DNA of 64,000 nt, the filler included, from a bacterium (GTDB lineage Bacteria > JBBIVP01): assembly GCA_037439705.1 (NCBI GenBank). It is 4 parts of 4 records of this genome, joined end to end, with 100 filler letters (N's around TTAATTAATTAA, not from the genome) between each part and the next. Parts side by side here need not be neighbours in the genome. Positions count along the whole stretch, not along the records: positions 1 to 19,678 come from JBBIVP010000016.1; positions 19,779 to 39,219 come from JBBIVP010000017.1; 2 more parts are not named here. The stretch is one strand, 5' to 3'. The position numbers and the translations under genes were made by a program. The notes beneath the pieces are model-generated. The model saw only the letters and a program-made list of their open reading frames with translations, did not search any database and was not told where the DNA came from. This document shows positions 10,933-19,892 of the stretch, in pieces. How positions within the stretch are numbered: position 1 is the first letter of the stretch; each line of letters opens with the position of its first letter.

Positions 10933-11886
10933 ATGATTTTAGAAAAACTGAACAATTGTAGAACTATTTTATTTATTTTTTTATTCCTTTTTTCAATAAG
11001 AGGGTGGGCAGGGATTACAGCTTCCATTGATGATGACCCTTCAAAGGGGAACAAAGACGCTCCTGTGATTCTCCTCATGTTCAGCGATTTTGAATGTCCG
11101 TTCTGCAGAAAATTTGAACTGACAACATTTAAAGAGATAGAGAAAAACTACATTGATGAAGGACTTGTGTTTTTCGTCTTTCGCGATTTTCCGATTCTAT
11201 TTCATCCGTTTGCAAGGGAAGCAGCAAAGGCTGCAAACTGCGCGGGAAAGGAGGGAAAATACTGGGAAATGCACGAACTCCTTGTTTCGGGAGAGATTAA
11301 TCCTCCTGCCATAAGGGAACACGCAAAAACTCTTGGATTGAGTGAAGAAAAATTTGATAAATGTATGGAGGACGAAGAAACAAATGCGGAGATAGAAAAG
11401 GATATGAGGGATGCAAGGGAATACGGGATAAAGGGAACACCGTTTTTTATTATTGGTCAGAACACGGGTGAAGAAACTTTTGAAGGGGAAACAATAACTG
11501 GCGCACAGCCCTATGAGACATTCAAAGCCACAATTGAAAAATACCTGAGGCTACAAAGGATATATTTTTCTACCAACGACTACTCCATTTCAGAATCCGC
11601 AAAGGAAATTATTAACGGACATGTGGAATGGTTGAAGAAACATCCTGCTTTTAAAATCATAATTGAAGGACATACGGATGAAAGGGGAGATGCGGAATAT
11701 AACAGGGTACTGGGAAGAAAAAGAGCGGAAAGTGCAAAAAAACTTCTTCTTGAACTTGGGATTGAGGAAGGAAGGTTAGAGGTTGTAAGCAAGGGAGAGG
11801 ATGAACCCCTTGAGACTGGTCACGATGAGACTTCATGGTCAAAAAACAGAAGGATTGAATTTGTGATAAAGAGAATAAGTTATTAG
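10933..11886 (+). CDS. DsbA-family thioredoxin fused to a Pal/OmpA-like peptidoglycan-binding domain
   Basis: Signal peptide; FSDFECPFC and GTP cis-Pro loop; C-terminal EGHTDERG..YN..LG..RA..NRR. Confidence 0.85.
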   Translation: MILEKLNNCRTILFIFLFLFSIRGWAGITASIDDDPSKGNKDAPVILLMFSDFECPFCRKFELTTFKEIEKNYIDEGLVFFVFRDFPILFHPFAREAAKAANCAGKEGKYWEMHELLVSGEINPPAIREHAKTLGLSEEKFDKCMEDEETNAEIEKDMRDAREYGIKGTPFFIIGQNTGEETFEGETITGAQPYETFKATIEKYLRLQRIYFSTNDYSISESAKEIINGHVEWLKKHPAFKIIIEGHTDERGDAEYNRVLGRKRAESAKKLLLELGIEEGRLEVVSKGEDEPLETGHDETSWSKNRRIEFVIKRISY

Positions 11887-11898
11887 AACGTTTATTTA

Positions 11899-12783
11899 TT
11901 AAACAACATTTATTCCTTCCTGCCTGAGAATATCTGATAGAAACGAAATTTTTTCTTGAGATATCGGTTGATGGTTGGAATAAGGATATGAAATTCCAAA
12001 AATTTCTTGTTTTGTTTTTGCAAGGCGATGAAAGGGTAGAATGCGAACGGAAACAGGTTTCTTCAGGTTTTTTAGCCATCTGGCAATTAAAAGAATATCT
12101 TCTTCCCTATCGTTGAATTCAGGTATTACTGTAATTCTTATTTCCATGGGAATTTCCTTTGAAGAGAGGGTGAGGAGATTCTTTAGAATTATGGAATTGT
12201 CTTTTCCTATAACTTTTTTTAACTTTTCAGAATCCACATGCTTTAAATCAAAAAGAATGAGGTCAAAATTTTCTGCGATTGGGATTTTTTCTTCGGAAAA
12301 GAAGCCCGATGTTTCCACTGCTGTGTGAACCTTATTTTTTTTCAGAAGAATGAGTCATTCGTAAAGGAAATCCGCCTGAAAAAATGGCTCACCTCCCGAA
12401 AAGGTAACTCCTCCACCTGTTCCCCTGAAAAAATCCTCATCCTTCAAAACCTCTTTTACAAGCTCTTCCGCATCTATATCCACTCCCACTAATCTTCTTG
12501 CTTTAGATGGACATACTTTTACACACATCCCGCATGCCCTGCATCCATTCCTCCATGCATAAGGAATTTCAAAATCCCATTCTCTCGGGCAAACCCTTTT
12601 GCATTCTTTACAGCCTATGCATTTTTTTAAATCATACGCAATTAAGGGTTCAGAGTTTTTCCCCTCCGGGTTATGACACCAGGGACATTTGAGAAGACAG
12701 CCTTTAAGGAAAATCACTGTTCTCAATCCGGGGCCATCGTCCACACATCCTCTTGAGATGTCAAATATTCTTCCCTTTTTCAT
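11899..12783 (-). CDS. Glycyl-radical enzyme activating enzyme (radical SAM with ferredoxin insert), interrupted by one in-frame TGA at 12355-12357
   Basis: DGPGLRT, GCLLKCPWCHNPE, two CxxCxxCxxxC motifs, GGVTFSGGEP; both ORF-track pieces share a frame and read FLYE*LILLKKNKVHTAVETSG. Confidence 0.85.
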
Positions 12784-15317
12784 TCATTACTGCCGAATTC
12801 GTAGCGGGAAATGATATCCTCCTGAATGGACTTTCCAAGGTCTGTAAAATATGCGGAATAACCTGAAACCTTGACAATCAAATCCCTGTATTTTTCGGGA
12901 TTTCTCTGGGCGTCCCTGAGGGTTTCCGCTGAAACCACATTTGGTTGAATGTGCATTCCACCGAGTTCAAAGTAAGTTCTTATCATTTTTGCAAAGGTGA
13001 GTATTCCTTCTTCTGTTTTTATGAAAGATGGATGGAATCTCATGTTAAGGGCAATTCCTGATGAAATTTTCTCGGGTGGAAATTTTGCCACAGACCTCAT
13101 CGGTCCCATCGGTCCACATGAAAAATCTCCCATGTTCACAGGAGATACACCATTTGAAATTGGTTCTCCTTTCAGTCTTCCATCAGGAGTGGCACCCAGC
13201 ATAAATCCATCTATTACATGATTTCCATAAGAATAGTAGCAGACTCTGAACCTTCCTCCTCTTGCATTGCGGTATTTTTTAGAAATTTCATAAATCCAGT
13301 TCAGAACATTCTTTGCCATTTCATCAGCCTCTTCATTTCCCCTTCCAAATTTCGGGCACTCATTTATTATCTGCTGTCTCAGAATTTCATAGCCTTTGAA
13401 ATTTTTCTTCAAAATTTTTATAAACTGAGGAAGAGAAACAATTCTTTTTTCGTACGCGACCTTCTTTATGGCGAGAAGGCTATCAACGAGGGTTGCTAAA
13501 CCTCTTACATCAATGGATGTAAAATCATATCTCGCTCCACCTTCTGTAATATCCATTGCTTTCTCAATGCAGTCATCCATAAGAGCGGAGACATAGGGTG
13601 CAGGTAAAATTTCTCTGTATGCCCTATCCTTTCCTTCTGTGGCTTCAATTAGAATTTTTATCTGATGCTCAAGTTGCTTTTTAAAGGCTGAGATAAAATC
13701 CTCAAATGTTTTAAAATGAGCAGGGTCTCCACAATCAATGCCTTCTTTCTGTCCTATAAACGGAGGGGGTTCTTTTCCACTCGTGAGGGTCTGTATGAGG
13801 ACAACCGGGAGGACTAATTCATGCCCTCCAACGCATCCATGGGTATTTGATTGTCCTGATGTTTCAATGCATCCCACTATACAGTAATCCCTTGCATCTT
13901 CAATGCTCAAACCGTCTGCCAGAAGTCCTTCTATTATTTCTTCATCGTTATAAAAGGCTATTCCGTTGGCTTTTTTAAACACTTCACATGCCCGTTTCAG
14001 GAAATCAAAGGGAGTCTTTTTTGAAATCCTAACTGCCAGTTGATTTACCGCACCTCCCATTTCCTCGTATGCTTCAAGAATCAAATAAGAGAGTTCATTC
14101 GTTCCATCCTCACCATCTTTTCTCAATCCGCCTATTGTAACAACATGCTGGCTGTTTCCGAGAACTGCGTTTGTTTCCATTCCAACCTCAGGAATGGGCT
14201 CCACATTTGATTCCAGTTTTATAAAGAATTCCTGAATGAGGGCTTTCTCTTTTTCTCTTGTGATTTTTCCATTCTTAATATCCTCAATATAAAACGGATA
14301 GAGAAATTGATCTATTCTTCCGGGTGCAAAAACTTCGTGTGTTCCATACTGGATTTCTCCTACTAAATGGGTGAGCCATGCGGATTGCAGAGCCTCATGG
14401 AATGTTCTGGGTCTATATCTCGGGACATGTCTGCAGTGCTTTGCTATAAGAAGAAGCCTGTTTTTTTCTTCTTCGTCTTTTGATGAAGAAGCCATTTTTT
14501 CTGCAAGTTCCGCAAACCTTTCAGAATACTTTATGGCGGATTCAAGGCTTATGATAACCGCTTTTAGAAAGTTCTTCTTTTTTTCGTTATTCGGTTCTTC
14601 TATTTCTAATTTTTTGAGCCTTTCCTTTGCTTTGTTTATTATTCCCTCCATTCCGCTTTCAATTACTTTGTTCACTCCGAGGCTTAAATGTCCCTGAACA
14701 TCAAAACAGAAAACCGCTGGAGATGGATTGTTACAGGCGAGTTCGTATCTTAATCTGTTGAGGGTTTTGAGCCTTCTTAAGGTGAGAGGTGCTTTTCTGT
14801 TTGCCCCGGCAATTTTTCTTATATTTTCCCTCCCCACATATCTGATAAATTTAATCATTTTAATAAGTCTCTTTAAAAATCCCTCTTTTCTGTCAATAAG
14901 TCCCTTTCTTTCCCATTCTCTTGCTTTATAATCTCTCAAAGTCTTTCCATCCCAGTATGGAAGAATTACATCCCAGAAAAGTCTTTTTTCATGTTCTTCT
15001 ATTAAGAACGGTCTTTGTTTCATATGAAGGATATCCATTTCCATTTGGAGGGTTCTTAAAAAGTCACCTCTTTCCACAGATAGTGGACCGGCAAGGAATT
15101 TTTCTGTTTTACTGCCTGCTATGTATTCATCGGGATAGATGAAGATTTTCTGGTTTTCAAGGGTTTTTTTAAGAGCGAGGGCATTTCTTATGGCGGGATC
15201 CATTCCTTCTGTTTCTTTATATGCCTCTGTGAAATAATATGCCCTTGCCATACAGATTTCATAGGGTGAGGTGAGCAATTTTCTTTTCATTCTCGCAATT
15301 CTTTCATCAAGAGCCAT
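12780..15317 (-). CDS. Glycyl radical enzyme (PFL superfamily, eliminase-like), substrate unknown
   Basis: GRIDQFLYP, Cys loop VGCIE, GATPDGR, Gly loop IVKVSGYSAYF; adjacent activase; start set at ATG 15317 (MALDERI). Confidence 0.9.
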   Translation of the reverse strand: MALDERIARMKRKLLTSPYEICMARAYYFTEAYKETEGMDPAIRNALALKKTLENQKIFIYPDEYIAGSKTEKFLAGPLSVERGDFLRTLQMEMDILHMKQRPFLIEEHEKRLFWDVILPYWDGKTLRDYKAREWERKGLIDRKEGFLKRLIKMIKFIRYVGRENIRKIAGANRKAPLTLRRLKTLNRLRYELACNNPSPAVFCFDVQGHLSLGVNKVIESGMEGIINKAKERLKKLEIEEPNNEKKKNFLKAVIISLESAIKYSERFAELAEKMASSSKDEEEKNRLLLIAKHCRHVPRYRPRTFHEALQSAWLTHLVGEIQYGTHEVFAPGRIDQFLYPFYIEDIKNGKITREKEKALIQEFFIKLESNVEPIPEVGMETNAVLGNSQHVVTIGGLRKDGEDGTNELSYLILEAYEEMGGAVNQLAVRISKKTPFDFLKRACEVFKKANGIAFYNDEEIIEGLLADGLSIEDARDYCIVGCIETSGQSNTHGCVGGHELVLPVVLIQTLTSGKEPPPFIGQKEGIDCGDPAHFKTFEDFISAFKKQLEHQIKILIEATEGKDRAYREILPAPYVSALMDDCIEKAMDITEGGARYDFTSIDVRGLATLVDSLLAIKKVAYEKRIVSLPQFIKILKKNFKGYEILRQQIINECPKFGRGNEEADEMAKNVLNWIYEISKKYRNARGGRFRVCYYSYGNHVIDGFMLGATPDGRLKGEPISNGVSPVNMGDFSCGPMGPMRSVAKFPPEKISSGIALNMRFHPSFIKTEEGILTFAKMIRTYFELGGMHIQPNVVSAETLRDAQRNPEKYRDLIVKVSGYSAYFTDLGKSIQEDIISRYEFGSNE

Positions 15318-15318
15318 C

Positions 15319-18300
15319 TCAAACCACCGATAATCCAAATTTTTCTCTCAGCAAGAAATAAGCATCTGATGAATAAAATTTTAAAAGGTCTGAAATGGTT
15401 TCATGCTTTTCCACAAATTCCTTCATTTTTTCCTTTGCCTGAGGAAAGTCTTCCTTAAGTAGAAGTGCTTCTCCCTTTATAGCAGAATCCAGTTTCGGAC
15501 ATGCAAGGAGTGCAACCCTTCCTGCGCTCAATCTGGCTCCAAGGATGTGTCTCTTAAATAACTTCGTGTCAGGCAACTCTTTTAATTCTCCAAGAATTTC
15601 TCCCACCTTTTTGATAATCGTTCCTTTTTTGAAAAGTGGCAGTGCCTTTGAGACCAGTTTTGGGTCAACTGCATCCTTATGTTTGAAATCAGGATTTGCA
15701 AGCATGATAAATCCAAGAAATATGTAATAGGATTTATCGTCGGAAAGGATGTTTGTGAAGGAATATCCCCTTCTGGAAAGTTCAAGCAATTTCGTTCCAA
15801 CAAATTTTAATGTATGAGAATCCAGTGAGCGTGCGACCTTGGAGCCTATCACAAGCGAATTAGGAGACGGGCTTAGTATCTCTTCACCTTTTAATGGGGA
15901 GATGTAAAGCTGAATTTCTTTCAATCCCATAAAACTTCCGATTTCTTCAATTGGTTTCAAAAAAGAATGACCGCTCTTTGGCGAGATCAGAGCATCTTTT
16001 GAAGTACCGAGGGAGAGCGTATCAATTCCTGCAATGGAAATAAAAAATTCACCCGCTACAGTGAAGAAATCTCTTAGTTGAGGGATTTCGTAAGGATGAT
16101 ATAGTTTTTCCCTGTCCTCATCTCCCATGATGCCCGAAGGTAATTTGCCCGCCTTTTCTTTTGAAGCCTCGTAGATGATTTTTTCCACCTTGCTGTCCAT
16201 TTCTCCGAGAAGGTTAAGAATATTGACAATACAGAAAGCGCGGTCGGGCATGTTATTTTTTTCATAATAATAAGCGAGGAAATGCAAGATGTTGAGGTTT
16301 GTGGGACGAAAAAGCTGTACCTTCTTTGATTCTTCGAGCGCTTCTTTTTCTCTCTTTAACTTTATCAAAAGTTCAGCGAGATTTTCCCTTGCTTCCAGAT
16401 AGGAAGGTTCAATGGATAATGTACCCTTGAAAAATTCAACAGCCTTTTCTTCGTTTTTTATTTTATCCCTTGAAATTTCTCCCAATTCAACAAGAAGGTC
16501 GGATGCTTTCTTTCTGTCCGTTTTTTTGAGCCTTTCTACAATTTCCGTTCCGACCTGTACTGAAAATTCCCATTCAGAAAGTTTTTTATGAACATCATAG
16601 AGAAGAATCAGCACAGCAAGGTTTTCTTTGTCCATATCCTTTAATGTTTTCAGGATGTCCCTTGCCCACTCGTTTTTACCCTCATCATAAAAAACCTTTG
16701 CACATTCAAAGAGAAGGTCTTTTCTTTCAGGTGGTATTCGTGCTAAAGACTTATCAATGACTGCCTTTATGCCTTCAACATTTTTAACCTTTAACCTCAA
16801 CTGAAGGAGGTCAAGAGTTATTGATGAATCTTCGGGATTGAGTTCAAAGGCAGATGAAAATGCTTTATGAGCCATTTCATGGTCGTTTATCTTTTCAAGA
16901 TATATTTTTCCCATTTTGTGATATTTCTTGGCTTTTTCCTTATCTTCTAAATAGTTCAGTTCAAGTTTTAAAACCTCGGTCAATTCAGCATAATTTTCCT
17001 CTTCCTCAAGAATTCTTTCTATCTCAAGAAGTGGTAAAAGGTTTGCATAAGTCTCATAGGACTCCTTATAAGCAGAAATAGCCTTTTTCCTTTCTTTTAT
17101 TCCTTCATAGATTTTTCCAAGTTCCATTAAAGCCTTGGAGCCTTCTTCCGGCTCTGAAATTGATGATACAAAATTTCTAATCGCAACCTCAAGAAGTTCA
17201 TATCTTCCAGTAGCTCCGGAAAGCCTTTTTAACTCATCAATGAATTTTTTATTTGTTGGGAAAAGTGAATTCAATTTTGAGTAAATCTCCATTGCACCAT
17301 GAGGATTTGAAAGGTTTTTCTCAAGAACATCCGCACATTCCTTGAGGATGCTTTCTTTTTTTTCAATCTCCTCTATTTCTGCTATTTTTTTCAGTTCCTC
17401 AACGTATTCGCTCCACCTCCGGGAGTTTTTAAGCATCTCAACTCTCATATATCTTGGATAAAGGGAATCGGGATGGGCTCCTATAAAGAAGTCAAGCCAC
17501 CATATTGCTTTTTCATAGTTTCCAAGTTTTTTCTCTGTTTCTGCTGCCAGGATGAATTCTTCATCCTCTATTCCGCCTATCTCAGCCTTTTTTGTGAAGA
17601 ATTCCCTTGTGAGATTTTCATTTTTAAAATTCAAGATTGCTTCCTCAATTCTCAATTCCTCCACAGGAGAACCCGTAAAGGAGAGAATGCACTTTTTTAA
17701 AAATTCTTCCCTTTCCCTTTCATTTAAAATGGAAAGGAAGTTGGAGGAGATAATGAGTTTGCTTTTTTCTGGAATATCAAGGTTCTTTATAAAATCTTCT
17801 ACTTTTCCTTCCGAAAATATATAAGAATAGAGAAGGAGACTATTTTTTTCCTTAAGTTTTTCAGGATTGGATAAGAATTCGTATAAATCAACTGGATAAC
17901 CCTCTATTTGTGAATAGATCTCAAGAAGTTTTTCAAAATCAAAATTCTTGATGGCTTCTTTTTCTATTTCAATCTGGGAGAATGAGTTTTTTCCCATCTT
18001 TTTTCTTGCTTCTTCAAAGCATCTCATAGCGCTGGTCTTATCATTTAGAGAATAATAAAGCCTCCCGCATTTGGTTAGAAGAAATGCAGAAAGTTCATCA
18101 TTCGTGGAAAGTGCTGAAAGAGTTTCAAGACATTTTAACCTTTCTTTTTCATCTATTTCATTTTCCTCAATCATTTCGCACACCGCCCTTTTTTTATAAT
18201 TTTCTTTCTCTAAAAATCTTTTGAGAAACTTTAAAAACTTCTCCTTCTTTCCAGCTTTTTTAAGAAGTATTGCTCCTTCAAAAAATAGTTCATCAGCCCT

Positions 18301-19677
18301 TTCCATTCCTGCTATCTCTATTTCCCTTTCCAGATAGGAAATTGCCTCTTCCATGTTCCCCTCAAGAAGGCTCATATATTTTAAGGCTTCAATTGCCGGA
18401 AGATACTCTGGAATTATATTCAGTACCTTTTTGAATTCATCCTTTGCTCCTTTTACATCTCCTAAATAATTCAGATATATAGTTCCATTTTCCCAGTGAA
18501 GACCTGCTATACTTGCTTTTTCCGAGCTCATTTCAATCAATCTATTATTAATGCTTAAAACCCTTTTCCATTCACCCCTTTTTTTATCAACCTTCTTCAT
18601 GGCTTCAAGAGCAGGGAAATAGGTTGGTGCAATTTCAAGAACCTTTTCGTATGAAAGTGATGCTTTTTCTAACTCTCCTTTTTCCAGTTCGTATATCTCC
18701 CCTATCTTCATGCTCAACAGAATTATCTCCTTCGGGTCATAGGATAACTCTATCTTCTTTTTGTAAATTCCAATTAATTCATCCCATTCCTTAAGAGATG
18801 AAAGCACATCAGGAAGTTTAAACAGTGCAAAGGGTTCAGCTGGCTCAATTTCAAGAATTTTCATCAATGCCAGTTTGGATTTCTGATATTCCCCTGCTTT
18901 TTCAAACATGATTGAGACGTTCATGAGATAAGAGAGTGCTTCTTCTTTTGTTGCCTTTTCCGATAGAGAAAGGCATAAATCTCCAGCTTTTTCATAATTT
19001 CCTGTTTTTATGTATAAATTGAGCAACCTTAGAGCTACATCCCTTTGGGGAGAAATGGAAAAGAGTTCCTCAAGCACCTCCATTGCTTTTTCATACTTTT
19101 CAGATGAAGAATACAGCTCCTCCAGTTTCTCAAGCACATGGAGTCTGTCTTCCGGTGGTAGGAGTTTTCTTTCTTCATTTAGAACATCTATCAATAATTC
19201 CCTGTCATGAGTTTCTTCTACAATTTCCTTTAACAGAAGAAAAGGAAAAACGGAACCAGGTTTGAGTGATATGGCACTTTTTATAGAAGAAATAGCCTTT
19301 TCCCTGTCCACATTCAGAAGGAGCCATGCTTTCTGAAGATAAAGAAATGCCTTCATTTCATTGTCTTTTATTTCCTCAATAATCCCGTCTACGGATTCCA
19401 GAACCATTTCCACATCATCGGTTAGGATTCCGAGCAGTTTTTTCATAACTTTAATATCAATGGTTTTGAGAGATATGTTTTTCAAAAATTCCTTTGCCCT
19501 TTCTCCGCTTTTGAGATAGATAATAGAAAAAACTGCTCCCGAAAATAAGATATAGCTTCTTTCCGGTTCCTTGAACAATTTTGCAAAATCTTCCATCATC
19601 CGAATGGCAGATTCTGGCTGTCCGAGATTCATACTTGATTTTACAGCGAAAGAAAGGACCTCTGTTGATGGAAGGTT
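15319..19677 (-). CDS. Giant TPR-repeat protein (>1437 aa, 5' truncated at contig end)
   Basis: Repeated TPR helix pairs (e.g. A..YEKVLEIAP.Y.PALEA); frame open to the contig end. Confidence 0.8.
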   Translation of the reverse strand, partial: NLPSTEVLSFAVKSSMNLGQPESAIRMMEDFAKLFKEPERSYILFSGAVFSIIYLKSGERAKEFLKNISLKTIDIKVMKKLLGILTDDVEMVLESVDGIIEEIKDNEMKAFLYLQKAWLLLNVDREKAISSIKSAISLKPGSVFPFLLLKEIVEETHDRELLIDVLNEERKLLPPEDRLHVLEKLEELYSSSEKYEKAMEVLEELFSISPQRDVALRLLNLYIKTGNYEKAGDLCLSLSEKATKEEALSYLMNVSIMFEKAGEYQKSKLALMKILEIEPAEPFALFKLPDVLSSLKEWDELIGIYKKKIELSYDPKEIILLSMKIGEIYELEKGELEKASLSYEKVLEIAPTYFPALEAMKKVDKKRGEWKRVLSINNRLIEMSSEKASIAGLHWENGTIYLNYLGDVKGAKDEFKKVLNIIPEYLPAIEALKYMSLLEGNMEEAISYLEREIEIAGMERADELFFEGAILLKKAGKKEKFLKFLKRFLEKENYKKRAVCEMIEENEIDEKERLKCLETLSALSTNDELSAFLLTKCGRLYYSLNDKTSAMRCFEEARKKMGKNSFSQIEIEKEAIKNFDFEKLLEIYSQIEGYPVDLYEFLSNPEKLKEKNSLLLYSYIFSEGKVEDFIKNLDIPEKSKLIISSNFLSILNEREREEFLKKCILSFTGSPVEELRIEEAILNFKNENLTREFFTKKAEIGGIEDEEFILAAETEKKLGNYEKAIWWLDFFIGAHPDSLYPRYMRVEMLKNSRRWSEYVEELKKIAEIEEIEKKESILKECADVLEKNLSNPHGAMEIYSKLNSLFPTNKKFIDELKRLSGATGRYELLEVAIRNFVSSISEPEEGSKALMELGKIYEGIKERKKAISAYKESYETYANLLPLLEIERILEEEENYAELTEVLKLELNYLEDKEKAKKYHKMGKIYLEKINDHEMAHKAFSSAFELNPEDSSITLDLLQLRLKVKNVEGIKAVIDKSLARIPPERKDLLFECAKVFYDEGKNEWARDILKTLKDMDKENLAVLILLYDVHKKLSEWEFSVQVGTEIVERLKKTDRKKASDLLVELGEISRDKIKNEEKAVEFFKGTLSIEPSYLEARENLAELLIKLKREKEALEESKKVQLFRPTNLNILHFLAYYYEKNNMPDRAFCIVNILNLLGEMDSKVEKIIYEASKEKAGKLPSGIMGDEDREKLYHPYEIPQLRDFFTVAGEFFISIAGIDTLSLGTSKDALISPKSGHSFLKPIEEIGSFMGLKEIQLYISPLKGEEILSPSPNSLVIGSKVARSLDSHTLKFVGTKLLELSRRGYSFTNILSDDKSYYIFLGFIMLANPDFKHKDAVDPKLVSKALPLFKKGTIIKKVGEILGELKELPDTKLFKRHILGARLSAGRVALLACPKLDSAIKGEALLLKEDFPQAKEKMKEFVEKHETISDLLKFYSSDAYFLLREKFGLSVV

Positions 19678-19678
19678 A

Positions 19679-19778
19679 NNNNNNNNNNNNNNNNNNNNNN
19701 NNNNNNNNNNNNNNNNNNNNNNTTAATTAATTAANNNNNNNNNNNNNNNNNNNNNNNNNNNNNNNNNNNNNNNNNNNN
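19679..19778. other. Artificial contig spacer
   Basis: N run with central TTAATTAATTAA (stops in all six frames). Confidence 0.97.
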
Positions 19779-19892
19779 GCGCATCTTTTATATTTCTTCA
19801 ATCTCATTGTGTATGCTACCACTTGCTCCTTTTTCCTTTACATGATAGGGAAATATTGAAAATATGAGGACTTATGAGATATAAATTTCATC

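Noticed and set aside
12300-12357. Selenocysteine call for the activase TGA
   Set aside because: No convincing downstream bSECIS hairpin, and the position is outside the Fe-S motifs
12780-15317. Annotation as pyruvate formate-lyase or a fumarate-adding enzyme
   Set aside because: Lacks the CC pair of PFL; no small subunit genes; GCxE loop is eliminase-like
19679-19778. TTAATTAATTAA palindrome in N runs (also 39220-39319 and 57861-57960)
   Set aside because: Artificial contig spacer; genes on either side are not real neighbours
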